Below, in pieces: positions 13,700-26,671 of a DNA stretch of 64,000 nucleotides (the first letter of the stretch is position 1; each line of letters begins with the position of its first letter). A model generated the notes under the pieces. It made no database searches. It was not told where the DNA came from and saw only the letters and a list, made by a program, of their open reading frames with translations. Both the position numbers and the translations under genes were made by a program. Origin of the DNA: Octopus sinensis (Eukaryota); NCBI RefSeq assembly GCF_006345805.1, contig NC_043015.1:19034001-19098000 (forward strand), given 5' to 3'.

Positions 13700-16000
13700 T
13701 GAGGCTCCGACAACGTACTCTTTCTTTGTCAGTCATAACGCTTATGTCAAATGTGACATTTAAGTCCCGCCAGCGATTTGCAAAGGCCACAGATGTTGCA
13801 AGTATGATGATTACAGGTCAGTGCAGGTGATATATTTGCAGCCACTTTTCTCCTTTGTTTTGCACCCCGAAGCCTGTTAACGCTGGTTGCATCAAAGATT
13901 TTAATACCATTTTGACACAACGATCTCCATTTTATTTGTTCCTAGGCTGTTCGCTCAAAGGTATTGTGAGCTATCTTTATTTCTAAGAGGTTACTCTTCA
14001 GCTTGCCTATATATCTGAGCCATGGTCGATCAACATTCCTGTGTCCACTCTCAAGCTCTCTGTACATGAGAACTTTGGGTATTGTTTCGTGACTCATTCT
14101 AACGACATGACCAGCCCAGCACAATTGTGATTGGATAAAGAAGCTCTCGATTCCACCAATCTTTGTGGAAGATGTCTGGTTGGTTAATGTATCGTCTATA
14201 GACCTGTACTTTGGTGTCAAGTCTGGTGCCTCTTTAATTCCATAGACAATGACGGAGTTTGTCAAATGTGTTGGTTACCTTTGCAAGAGGTTGACGATTT
14301 CATCATCAAGGGAAGCACTCGAATTCACTTTACTACCAAGATATGTAAATGACTTCACATAATTTAGGCTTTTCCCATTAACCTGTATATAAGTGTCAGG
14401 ACAACTGTGAACCGCTAGCCTCTGCTTGACACCTCAAATTTGCTTAGGAGTAAGGCAACGTTGGTGGATTATTTCTGTCTTTTTTATGCTGATGGTCAAA
14501 CCAAAGGATTTACATGCAGCAGAAAATCGGTCTAGAAGTTCCTGAGCTTCCTCTAAGGAGGTCGCTACTAGTGCAGCATCATCTGCAAAAAGTAGATCAC
14601 GAATGATACTGATGCGTAGCAGTGTTCTGGCTTTGAAACACTGATGATTGAACAGTCCACCACTTGTGCTTCCCTTGATGAATTCGAGTGCTTCTCTTGA
14701 TGATGAAATCGGCAGCTTCTTGGTGTTCAGTAACCTTGAGAGACAACCCTTATCTGTCTCAGAGCACGTAGGACCTGGCCTCTGTTTTTCTGGTAGGCAT
14801 TCTCTTTTCTGGGTGAACTCTTATCATTTATCCATGTTTTGTGAGAGCTGTGCATTTTATCTATCAACTGTTGGACATCTGTGCTGTTATCGTTGAACCA
14901 ATCTTGATGTTTAGGAACAGGAAGTCGGAGAACCTCTTCAGGTGCAGTGTGCGTTGCATCACGGAAAGCCTTCCAAGACGATTCTATGTCACCATTGATA
15001 TCAACAGTGTTGAGTGCAGTGTCCAACTTGATAGAGAGCTCAACATGCTTTTCAACAGTTTTCAAAGGCAGGACATTAATACGCTTAGGCACTGATGACT
15101 TTTGTAGTCTTGTGTGTTTCAGATGGAACGTAGTCTTACTACGGAGAAGAGAATGGTCAGAGACATAGCAGGTGTTATGAAAGGAACGTGTAATGTTAAA
15201 GTCCCTAATATCTCGTTTTTTAGTGAGATGCCAATCCTAAGATCTAAGATGCATCCAGGTCGTCATGTAACAATTTCGCTGTTGAAAAAAAGGTATTTGT
15301 GATGCTTAGGCTGAATTCCCTGTAGATGGAGCGCACATGCAGACCGATAGAGCTCATTCTACCTACACCATGGCGACCAAGTACACACTCCCATACCTGA
15401 TAGTCAGTACCAATACGAGCGGTAAAGTCGCCCATAAGGATAAGTTTATCCCTATGGTGACAACCGGAGATGACATCACGGAGTTGGTTGTAAAATTCAT
15501 CTTTTCCCTGCTCGGTGCTGGCCATGGTTGGGTCATAGTAACTGACAAGCGTGGCATGAGTATTGTGATCAAGCTCCAACGTTAGTGTCATGATGCGATC
15601 AGAAATACCTTTGGATAGAGAAAGAAGGGATCTAGCTATTTCTGTTTTGATAGCAAAACCAACATCAGAGTGGCATGGTTTGTCTTCATTTCTTCCACAC
15701 CAGAAAAATAGGTACCCACCTTTACTTTCTTCTAACTGTGATGATCCTGCAAGATGAGTTTCGCTTAGTGCAGCTATGTCAATGTTGTATTTCTTTAACT
15801 CAAGACAACCAGTGCTGTTTTTCATTCTGGTGCTGAGTGACTGTCTTGAGAGTGCGCACATTCCAAAAACCAAGGTTAATATTCTTAGATTTCTTCATAT
15901 TTCAACTGCGTTACTGAATAATGAGACATCTGCAGCGGGCTGCCAAGTTTAAGGTGAGTAAGCAATGTTTGGGTTCCTTTTCTCGCCCCTCTCCTGTTGG
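13700..16000 (-). mobile_element. RTE-clade LINE, degenerate with internal deletions (APE, RT pieces, C-terminal zinc finger)
   Basis: LKKYNIDIAALSETHLAG...GVGFAIK-like, LILMGDFTARIG, WAGHVVRMSHETIPKVLMYREL, CNICGLCKSLAGLKCH. Confidence 0.9.
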
Positions 16001-16399
16001 GGAAATTAGGGCTGTGTCCAAATAGACCTACCTTGTCACCACTGGAGCACAGTTACTCACAAGTTCTGTGCTGGAATGGCCATCGTCCAATGGTCACCAG
16101 CTGTGTAGAGATCTAGCAAGAGACTTCCAATGATATCTTTTACCTGTCCCTGCTGCTATCACTCTATTGCCAGAGGACTTTTTGATTTTTGCTAGTTGAA
16201 GCTGTGCTGTATTGAATGAATAAAATATAAGTTGTCAGAAAACCCACACATATGATTTGAGTGTTGAAGGCTTGTGTAGAACCAGCTACACTTTTTGGAA
16301 GTGATGATAGCAAAATATGGTGCACATATGTGCCACACAACAACAACACACTTCAGGCATTTTCTTCAAAGGTTTTCATTTAGACAAGCTTCTATAAAC

Positions 16400-16800
16400 A
16401 AGTTAGAGAGCCTAGTCTACCCTATGAGTCACAGTTTGCTGATAGTACAGCCCTGTTAGGGAGACCCTCAGCAACCAAAGACCTGGTTTTATATCAGAGT
16501 TTCCCTCTCCAAGATGGGTGTCTTCTTCACAGTTAAGGAACCCTATCTGCCCCCAAGACATGGAATTAAATACATCACATTACAAAAAAGTATATACACA
16601 TACACATATAGTTGGAAGGCCGTTGACTACTCATGAGTTCCTCTGCCCTTTATGACAGGTTATATTTTTCGTCCCGCAGGGTGTCCAACAACCACCTTCC
16701 TCACCAAGCAAGCTCCGTTGCCAGTTTAGTCGCCGACGACCCCACTATGTAACAAGTTGTACTGGGTTACATGTTACCAGTAGCAAACAGGCGCGACTAA
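16400..16800. mobile_element. Interspersed repeat fragments, probably LINE UTR-derived
   Basis: Non-coding, GC-elevated blocks adjacent to the RTE 5' end; family not established. Confidence 0.3.
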
Positions 16801-16863
16801 TAGCATTCGAGAACCTGATTTATATATATATGTGTGTGTGTGTATATATATATGTATATATAT

Positions 16864-16911
<48 letters not shown>

Positions 16912-17384
16912 ATATATATATAATATATATATATATACATGAAAAGCGTTAATACCAGACAGAAAAAAGATTCACTTGCAATGGGGATAGGCTTAATGCT
17001 TACGATTCCCTCTTTTGTTTCTAACTGCAAACGCATTTGTCATTTACTCATGAAATATTTCGTGTATTTTCTTATTATCGTAGTTACCATATGACTATCT
17101 ATCTATGAAGAATAAAATGAATAGCCTTCGGGTCAATCCATGCCTCCTTTTTCTGCCAGCAGTCTTCGGTTATAGCTTTATTAATTAGTGATTGGTGTTT
17201 TGAGTCTTAGAAGTGGAAGACAACACAAACTTCAATCTGAAGCACCGATATTGCTTACTTAGGCCAGACCAAATCTTGTCTGCTTAGGAAGAAAAAAAGA
17301 AAAAAAGATAGATAGATGGGGAGAGAGAGAGAGATGGAGAGAGAGTGAGAGAGAGAGAATAAGAACCATCATCTATAAATGTAT

Positions 17385-18500
17385 TAACAAGGAAAACAAA
17401 AGAGTTGACAACCCATCACCAACATTAACAGAGAAATGCTTGAAAGGCGTGTGGGAATTCCTATGACAAGTGGAAGCCAGTATGAGACGGTAGCAACATT
17501 CTTCCTCAACGATGAAGAGGCAATAGAAATATCTACAAATGTACTGCTGTCATCGTGTTTAGGGAAAAGTGTTAATAAGGTGACTCTAAGTAATGCGATA
17601 CCTAAAATAAACATTATTTTAGAATGACTTTTAGAATGAGCGACTGTTACTATAAGAATCACCCCACACAAAATCTTATCTAACCTGAAGCAACGGTACA
17701 GATGTTGCTCAATCCAGAAAACTTACTATATATTTCCACACTTATTTATCTGGAAAATGAGGGCCTCGTAAGAGCTATGATAGAAAGCAGGAGCGCTGGG
17801 TGTTACCCTTGTGGAAGCACCGACCACCAGAAGGCGTTCTCCCTTCAAGCAAAAGAAAGAAATTCTTTTACTACCAACGTCAAAGCTATAACATAACGAC
17901 TGCAACAACTTCCACACCAGTAGCATCAAGAACAGTAGAAAAACAAGAACAAGACCCCAAATGCACACATACGTAACAACCAGTCTCCAACTCCCCTTCT
18001 GAATCATTCTCAAATGAAGAAAAGATAAACCGGAAACTCTAAGAGTGGCAAGCAGTCACCAGAAAGTCCCCAAAACAAAGAGCAAATGTTTATATCCCCA
18101 CCACGAACGTAGATGAAACATAAAATAAAAACGGTAAGCAAAATTTCTCCCACCAGCACAAAACAAGGTCCCTAGTACAATAATCTCCGATCCATTGACA
18201 TAGATGTGGTAACTATAACTGAGACCAGAGTTTCTGGAAGTCATGCACTCAGTTCCGTTTTTGATGACAAATACTAATTTTGTGGCGGAACGGGATCAAC
18301 TCCATTCCCTGCTTCCCACGCTTACAAAAACAACATCTTAAATTAATTGAAACATTGACTAGCGAACAAGCTCTCAAAGTGGCAAGCCAAAGCATTTATA
18401 GCCTACAACTTCCTGAATAGAATACAATAGAGATGTGTCCCCACTCTAGACACGCATTTTCCAAATTATATCTATGCAAACTTTCCACACCCCACTAAGC
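17385..18500 (+). mobile_element. Tx1/L1-like LINE 5' part: ORF1 with zinc knuckle and start of APE, degenerate
   Basis: GCYPCGSTDHQK (CX2CX4H) near 17795 and NLRSIDIDVVTITETR (APE motif) near 18190. Confidence 0.65.
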
Positions 18501-20709
18501 ATATAGGCAGTTTCATATGTAGACGGAACCCTCCTCCACTTCGGTCCTCGAAGTGCAGTCTTCGAAGACTGGAATTATTGGTCCACAAGAACAGGCTTCA
18601 AGTGGCACCTATCAAATCTTCTGTCTCTTTTCTTACCAGCAACACCAAAGAGTATTGAATACAACCACTTCTCAAACTCAATAACATAAACATAACACAC
18701 ACGCACGCACGCACGCACACACACACACTCACACACACACACACACAAACATACACACACATACATGCATACACAGAACACAAAAATACTATGAGTTACA
18801 TCCAATCCCTCTACAATATTAACAACACGTAATGCATATAAAGCATAACGACGTACAAACACACATACCGAGATCAACAGAAAAAATTTTGTAATAGTGG
18901 CGTACTAAAAACAAAAAAAAAGAAGCCAGTGTGTAACGCATCATAACAAGTTGTACATTGACCACACCCACTGAACACCTACACAACGAAATAAACATAC
19001 GAATCATGAAAGCCCGGTTGTACATGCGAAGGACCTAATTTGTTGCTGCAGCAAGCAGGAAATCTCACAGTCCTTGTCATTGCATGAAAAACCACCTCCA
19101 AATATCCACATACATACATCAATCATAGAGTATTCTTGCAACTTCCTAGAATCACTGCCTCACCAACTGAACTTAGACAAGTATGAGGAATACACACATA
19201 CAGAAGTAGTGGCAACGCCAACAGCCGTCAATACTATGCTAGGATGCACACGTTACCAATAAAACGTGGTGATGAATAGCAACATTTGAGCTCTGATCGA
19301 GAATACACTGCTCTCTCCCTTCCTTGGGAGGGCAGGGTGTACAGGGCGTACAGAAATAGACCGAACAGTGGAGAGAGAGTATTCTATCGACACAGTCACT
19401 AAGCCGCATCCCATATCGCAGTTTATCTCTGTGTGTTCATGCGCATAGCTATGACCCTCAGTTAGAACGAAAAAGGATATAACTAGGAAAGTGTATCTAG
19501 TAGGTTGGGTCACGTCATTCGGCTGACTATGTGTTTGATCAGGGCTAACCTGAACTACACACACACACACAAACGCGCACACACACAAACGCGCACACAC
19601 ACACACACACAAACAAACAGCTAAATGCACTCACACACGCACATACACAAACACACGCGCAAATAAACACTGACACACGAAGATACGCATACACACATAC
19701 ACACAAATATACACAAACACACACTAACACACGTACAGATGGACAGGAGAGAGAGAGGAGGAGGAGAGCGGGCAAGAGAGAGAGAGAGAAAGACAGACAG
19801 ACAGAGACAGAGGAAACATAGCAGCAGGTGTACGTGAAAAGAGGAAAATGGAACTGGAAGGGGTCTGTGACAAATAAAGATCTGCTCTGTCGGCCTCCTA
19901 CATAGCTAAACTTCAGAATAAGAGTAGCAGTAATAGCAGCAGCAGGAGACGACACCTGACAAAGTAGTGGCAAAATCTATCTACTGTTAAAAAACAATTT
20001 TGTTATTAACTGTCATGTGCTGTTGGTGTTACGCAGCTGCTGACGTATTGAAAGTTCTTAGGAGGGCGGAGTTCTTAGCGAGACAACATATCTAAAATAA
20101 ATGGGCGGGCAACTGAAATATTCCTTCTATAAATATACATAAACAAAGTTAGACATCATCGCTGTAATATCCAGAGATCCAGTTAGGTGTTTCCTATGAA
20201 TCTTTTCTGGTAGTATTGCAGTTCCTTGCTGTGGCGATTGAAGTAGAGAGAATAATATCTATCACAAGTAAGTTTCCTCTGCAGCAGACAATATTTTCTT
20301 CTCACAACTCACGAACAAATTGGCTATGTGCATATTGAATTGTTTGTTTTCTTTTTTTGTTTTGGAAATATAATTGTAAATGCATACACACGTACACACA
20401 CACACGCACGCGCGCTCACACACACACATACACACACAAACACACACACAAGTACGCACGCACACATACGTATGTGTGTGTATGTTGTGATGTTTGTGAA
20501 TTTGTGAAAGACAGTGGGGTGTATGTGCATCTGTGTGTGTGAGAGAGGGGGGGATGACAGACAGTGTGTGTGTGTGCACGGGCGTGTGCGTATATAAGTA
20601 TTTATGTGTTTGTGTATGTATATGTCTACACACAAACGCGCGTATGTATATGCATATATGTATATAACAATCACATTACCTTTATGTATACGTATATATG
20701 TTACACTAG

Positions 20710-20740
<31 letters not shown>

Positions 20741-21032
20741 ACATGCAAATACGCACCAGAATCCCCTAACAAATTCCGGATAAACCACATACACCCAAAT
20801 ATATCTTTACTCGAATCGAAAGTCGTTCCCAAAATATAACTGTTATATGAAAGAAACATCAAATGATTTAGTGCTATTGAGTTAGTCATGACTTCGGCCG
20901 AAACTTATCTAAGTATGTATGTAGATATACACACACACATACACACACAAACACACCCACATGTATATACTGTATGTATGTGTATGTAAGTGTGTTTGTG
21001 TGTATATTTATGTATGTGTATGTATGTGTGTT

Positions 21033-21075
<43 letters not shown>

Positions 21076-21132
21076 TTTTTGGATTTGGTTTGCAAGATTC
21101 TTTATATGAGTTCGTGTGTTGAACCATATTTG

Positions 21133-21241
21133 TTGTGTCTGGGGAGAGTCATTTTCTTTTTGTGCCTTATAATGTAACACATTACCGGTGAGTGAGTTAC
21201 ATTATAAGGCACAAAAAGAAAATGACTCTCCCCAGACACAA
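21133..21241. repeat. Perfect 46-bp fold-back inverted repeat, 17-nt loop
   Basis: 21133-21178 is the exact reverse complement of 21196-21241. Confidence 0.95.
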
Positions 21242-21409
21242 TAGAATATATATATATATATACATATTTACACACACACACACACACACATATCGGGATA
21301 GTCATTTTTGTTTTGCCAAATAAACACACGCACTATATATTTTGTCTTCTCTCGTTATTAGTGTTCTTATTTTATTATTTTAACTCATGCCCATTGTCCG
21401 GAAATCTTT

Positions 21410-21417
21410 CGTCACAC

Positions 21418-21482
<65 letters not shown>

Positions 21483-21499
21483 GCGTATATATATATATA

Positions 21500-21562
<63 letters not shown>

Positions 21563-21563
21563 C

Positions 21564-21608
<45 letters not shown>

Positions 21609-21700
21609 TATATTATATATATATATATATATCTATATATATATATATACATAATTATATATATATATATACATATATATATACGCATGTATATATGTAT
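21410..21700. repeat. (AT)n microsatellite array
   Basis: Direct reading. Confidence 0.97.
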
Positions 21701-21744
21701 ACTCTTTACTCTCTTTTACTCTTTTACTTGTTTCAGTCATATAT

Positions 21745-21960
21745 TTATTAAAATATATCTATTTAAAATGGTGCATGACAATAATTCGTCCATACATAGA
21801 ATTTGCATCACCAGTCTGGAACCTCTATATTGCTCAGCATATATATCTCCTGGAAACAGTTCAGAAGCGTACAACAAAACGAATACCCGCCGTCAGGCAT
21901 CTACCATACTATGAACGCCTTGCTTTCAAAGCGCTACATCATTCAAAACTTCCATGATCC
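21745..21960 (+). mobile_element. CR1/L2-type LINE RT C-terminal fragment
   Basis: IRPYIEFASPVWNLY...LETVQKRTTKRIPAVRHLPYYERL. Confidence 0.8.
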
Positions 21961-22108
21961 CTGAAGTCCGCCAACTGTACACTTGATGGCCTTTTTTATT
22001 TCTTAGTTGCAGTACACCTGGGCTCTGCATACAACAATTTCTTTCATAATATATAATATATATTATATATATAATATATATATATTATATATATATATAT
22101 TATATATA

Positions 22109-22141
<33 letters not shown>

Positions 22142-22390
22142 TGTATGTATGTATGTCTGTATGTATTCAGAGAAACGTTTTTAATTATGAAAAAGTCACA
22201 ATTATAATGAAAACATAACCTCCTTTCTTGTCAGAGGTAACTATGAGAGTTAAAAAACCCTTACATGTTAAAAATAGCAGCCAAAACTGCTATAAAGTCA
22301 TTATATCACTCATATTATTTCTCCTCGCGATAAAAACTGCCTTCGGGCGACATGGCAAATAGAATCCACTACTTGAAACTAACTGGCTAA

Positions 22391-22452
22391 TTCCCTATTG
22401 CAATTTCGGCGTTAGGTACCTCTTAAGGGACCCATTCGCCTCGTCAGGGAAA
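22391..22452 (-). ncRNA. Type I hammerhead ribozyme motif (intact core)
   Basis: TTTCC-CTGACGA-GGCG..CGCC-GAAA-TTGCAA-T-A-GGGAA. Confidence 0.85.
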
Positions 22453-22849
22453 ATATTCCTACAGATAGAAATCAAAACAAGATTGAAACTAGCATGAATC
22501 CCGACCGGCAATAGAAATGTTTTCACCTCTATCTACACAATCAAGTTTTGAATTAAAATGTCATGCACAGCGTTTATGTGAAAAGACCGGTTATCTCGAA
22601 CCACGGCAAAATCACCGGAGTTAGGAAAATTTAAATAAGTAGAGTCATGTAAAACATTACGGAGGATAAATAATTACGATTATTAATGAATATATCAATG
22701 GCCAAACATGTTATCATAAAATATAAAGAAAAACGTTTATAATTATGAACAAGTCACAATTATAACTAAGCCATATATCACTCATATTATTTCTCCTCAC
22801 GATAAAAACTGTCTTCGGGTGACACGACTTGAAAATAACATATATACAT

Positions 22850-22956
22850 ATATATATATATACACACACACACACACCACACATATGTATATACATATAT
22901 ATATATATATATCTATCTAATATATATATGTGTGTGTGTATGTATGTATTAATGTG

Positions 22957-23026
<70 letters not shown>

Positions 23027-23033
23027 TATATAG

Positions 23034-23064
<31 letters not shown>

Positions 23065-23229
23065 GTATATATATATGTATGTGTATATATATATGTGTAT
23101 GTGTATGTGTGTTTGTGTATATATGTATGTATATGTGTATGTGTGTGTACATGTATATATATGTGTGTGTGTATATATATATATGTTTATATGTGAGTAT
23201 GTTAGATATAAGTATATGCATGTGTATAC

Positions 23230-23265
<36 letters not shown>

Positions 23266-24020
23266 GTATGGTATGTGTATCCGTGTATATATGTATGCGT
23301 GTGTGTATGTATATGTATGTATGTGTGTATATATGTATGTGTATATGTGTATATATGTGATATATATTATATATATATATATGTATGTATGTGTATGTGT
23401 ATGTGTGTGTGTAGGTGTGCATGTATGTGTATGTGTATATGTGTATTATATGTTTGTGTATATATATGTATAATCTATATATGTGTAATATATGTATATA
23501 TATATATATATATATAATATGTATATATGAGTGCGCGTGTGTGTATGTATGCAATATGTAGTATGCATGTATATGTGTATGTATATATGTGTGTAAGTGT
23601 GTGCAAATATGTATATGTAAGTATGTGCGCGTGTATGAGTATGTATGTATGCTTGCACACGTGTATATATATGTGTGTGTGGTATATATATGGATGCGCG
23701 TGCGTGCGTGCACGTGTATGGGTACGCATGTGTATATGTGTATGTGCGTGTAGGTGTAGTATGCATATATGTATGTATGCATGTATATGTGTATGTATAT
23801 ATGTGTGTAAGTGTGTGCATATATGTATAGGTAAGTATGTGTGCGTGTATGAGTATGTATGTATGCTCACACGTGTATATGTGTGTGTGTGTGTTATATA
23901 TGGATGCATGTGCGTGTGTGCACGTGTATGGGTACGCATGTATATGTGTATGTGCGTGTATGCGTATACGTGTATGTATGTATGTGTGGGCGTATATTTG
24001 TATATGTATGTGTGAGTGTG

Positions 24021-24071
<51 letters not shown>

Positions 24072-24327
24072 TGGGGGTGTATGTATGCGTATAAAATGCA
24101 TGTAAGTATGGATGTATGATGTATGTATGTGTATGTTTACGTATGTATGTGTTTGTGTGTATATGTATGTAGGTGTGTGTATGTATGTGTGTATATAATG
24201 TATATATATATATGTGTGTATATATATGTTTGTGTATGTTATATATGTGTATGTATGTGGTGTATATATATGGTGTGTGTGTGTATGTATGTATATATAT
24301 ATATATATATAATATATATATGTATAT

Positions 24328-24358
<31 letters not shown>

Positions 24359-24420
24359 ATATGTATATATATATGGGTATGTATCTGTATGTAGAGTATA
24401 TATATTGTGTGTGTGTGGTA

Positions 24421-24463
<43 letters not shown>

Positions 24464-24470
24464 TATATAT
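22850..24470. repeat. Large compound (AT)n/(GT)n/(ATGT)n microsatellite field
   Basis: Direct reading; source of spurious YI/CV/HT ORFs. Confidence 0.97.
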
Positions 24471-24472
24471 AT

Positions 24473-24739
24473 GGGCTTAGTAAAATAAATTATTTGCCGC
24501 ATACTGAACTCATTAGAAATAGCAGCTAAAAAACTTTTTAAGGCTATTTCTAATACTTAAAGAAAATCTCTCTCATATATAGTGTTTGCATAATTTAACT
24601 CACTTTTGTGAGTTAAATTATGCAAACACTATTATGAGAGAGATTTTCTTTAAGTATTAGAAATAGCCTTAAAAAAGTTTTTTAGCTGCTATTTCTAATG
24701 AGTTCAGTATGCGGCAAAGTAATTTATTTTACTAAGCCC
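24473..24739. repeat. 267-bp fold-back palindrome (~131-bp arms, TTTT loop)
   Basis: Arms are reverse complements apart from about three 1-nt indels. Confidence 0.95.
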
Positions 24740-25196
24740 TTTTATATATAATGTAATAATTTGAATTCGCCTTGAATGGTCCCTTTGCATACTGAACACT
24801 TGGTGAAATTGATTAAAATTAATTAATTTTGCCCTCAATTGTTGAAATTATATATATATATGTATATTTTTATTGGTGTATATATATAGACTAGCCTCCT
24901 AAAGTGTAGACATGAATCTGTAGGTACGAGTACGTATGTGTATATACGTGAACGTATGTAGATGTTTGTATGTATGAATATAACGTGCGTACGTGTATGT
25001 GTATGAGTGTACGAATGGGTATATGTACGTGCTAATGAGTGTGCGTGCGGGAACGAGTACTTGCCTTCTAGTAGACAGACAATTGGACATGCTGCCATCG
25101 CCAGGATCCTTAGCCCTAGCGATCAAGATAACAAAAGTAATAATGAAGATAATAAAATTAAAATTAGGGAATGGGCCTGTATTTGATTGTGCATAT

Positions 25197-25243
<47 letters not shown>

Positions 25244-25579
25244 TATGTATGTATGTGTGTATGTGTAGGTATGTATAGGCCCATGTGTACGTATGTGTGT
25301 GTGTATGTATAGGTGTTTATGTAAGTATGGCACACATTTATTTTTTTTATTTTTTATTTTTTATTTTTTATTTTTTTATTTTTTTTATTTTTATTTTTTA
25401 TTTTTTATTTTTTATTTTATTTTTTTATTTATCTATTCTTTCATCTCTAACTTACCATGACTCCTTGACCACTCCCCCAAGTATGATATTTTGCGCTATG
25501 CCTACCCCCAAAAAAGTCCCCCACCACCACTCCTTTAACCTGCCTAAATGTATAAATGCTAATACAATTCTTGTTAAAT

Positions 25580-25630
25580 AGCTTCCTGAAGATTTCTCTT
25601 GAATGAAACAGTACTAGTCCTGTAGAAGCT
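25580..25630 (+). ncRNA. Type I hammerhead ribozyme motif
   Basis: AGCTTC-CTGAAGA-tTTCtcttGAAt-GAAA-CAGtactagtcCTG-T-A-GAAGCT. Confidence 0.75.
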
Positions 25631-25641
25631 CCTTCTATATA

Positions 25642-25705
<64 letters not shown>

Positions 25706-25990
25706 CAGATACACGCATACACAAACACACCGACACGCACATATACACACGCACTCACACATCCACCGACACACATACATATATGGTGTTGATGGTGGTG
25801 TACTGTCTTTTGAATTACCGGTGCAATCCCCACGAGATGTTTGTTAAGCACTTTCCATGTATCAAAGTTCTCTCACAAGGTACACCTCAATCAAAAGTTG
25901 CCATACAATTTGATACAAAACAGAACCTTGTAGTTGTGAAGCGAATTTCTTAGCAACTCAGTCATACATCGGTTACACATATACATATAT

Positions 25991-26026
<36 letters not shown>

Positions 26027-26074
26027 AACACACACATACACACACATACATGCATACAACACACACACACACAC

Positions 26075-26671
26075 AGGGGAAAGCTATCGGCGTATACCTA
26101 ATAAAAGGTTTAAGGATGGCATAAGGACTACTATGAAGTCACTTGGAATAGTTCCAAAAGAGATAGAAACCCTTGCTTTGGATCGAGTTGGATGGCGAAC
26201 AAAGGTGTGGAGTGGAGTATAAGCATTTGAAGAGGCCAGGATAATGCATGTAGGACTCAAAAGAGATCTAAGGAAGAATGTAACGATCGAGAAGAGAAAT
26301 GACAATGACCTTTTCGTATGCACAGTCTGTGACAGACCATGCCTATCTTTTGCTGGCCTCAAAACTCATCTGCGAACGCATGGAAAACGAGCCTCCACCA
26401 AATATTCTGCCTATATGTGTGTTTCACACCTTCGAATGCAGTGTATGCCAGAAGGTTTGCAAATCCAACGGAGGCTTTAAAAGAAATGTTAAGATCCACA
26501 AAGACCAGAACTTATCTGCAAGTCTTAGTTGTTCAAATCAGAGGTGCAATCTATGTGGGTGTCTTTTCAGAACATTGTCTGGTTTAAAAAACCACATCGG
26601 ACGCCATGATGGTCCTAAGGTGTAGGTACAGGAGGTGGTCAAACTCTGTATAAGGAGTAGACAACCGCCAT
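26075..26671 (+). mobile_element. RTE-clade LINE 3' end with three tandem C2H2 zinc fingers
   Basis: PNKRFKDGIR..LALDRVGWR; CTVCDRPCLSFAGLKTHLRTH, CSVCQKVCKSNGGFKRNVKIH, CNLCGCLFRTLSGLKNHIGRH. Confidence 0.78.

Noticed and set aside
15950-16140. HDV-like ribozyme in the RTE 5' UTR
   Set aside because: No nested double pseudoknot could be paired by eye.
19253-19973. ORFs 19253-19630 and 19545-19973 as protein-coding genes
   Set aside because: Partly microsatellite-derived and no recognisable domain; kept only as a possible UTR/first exon.
22949-24502. Long ORFs (up to 277 aa) rich in Y/I/H/T/C/V
   Set aside because: Translations of (AT)n/(GT)n microsatellites; the same applies to similar ORFs throughout the window.
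25050-25110. CTGGCGA-tggcag..ctgtcta (minus)
   Set aside because: Core mutated and no GAAA/helix III; too degenerate to call.
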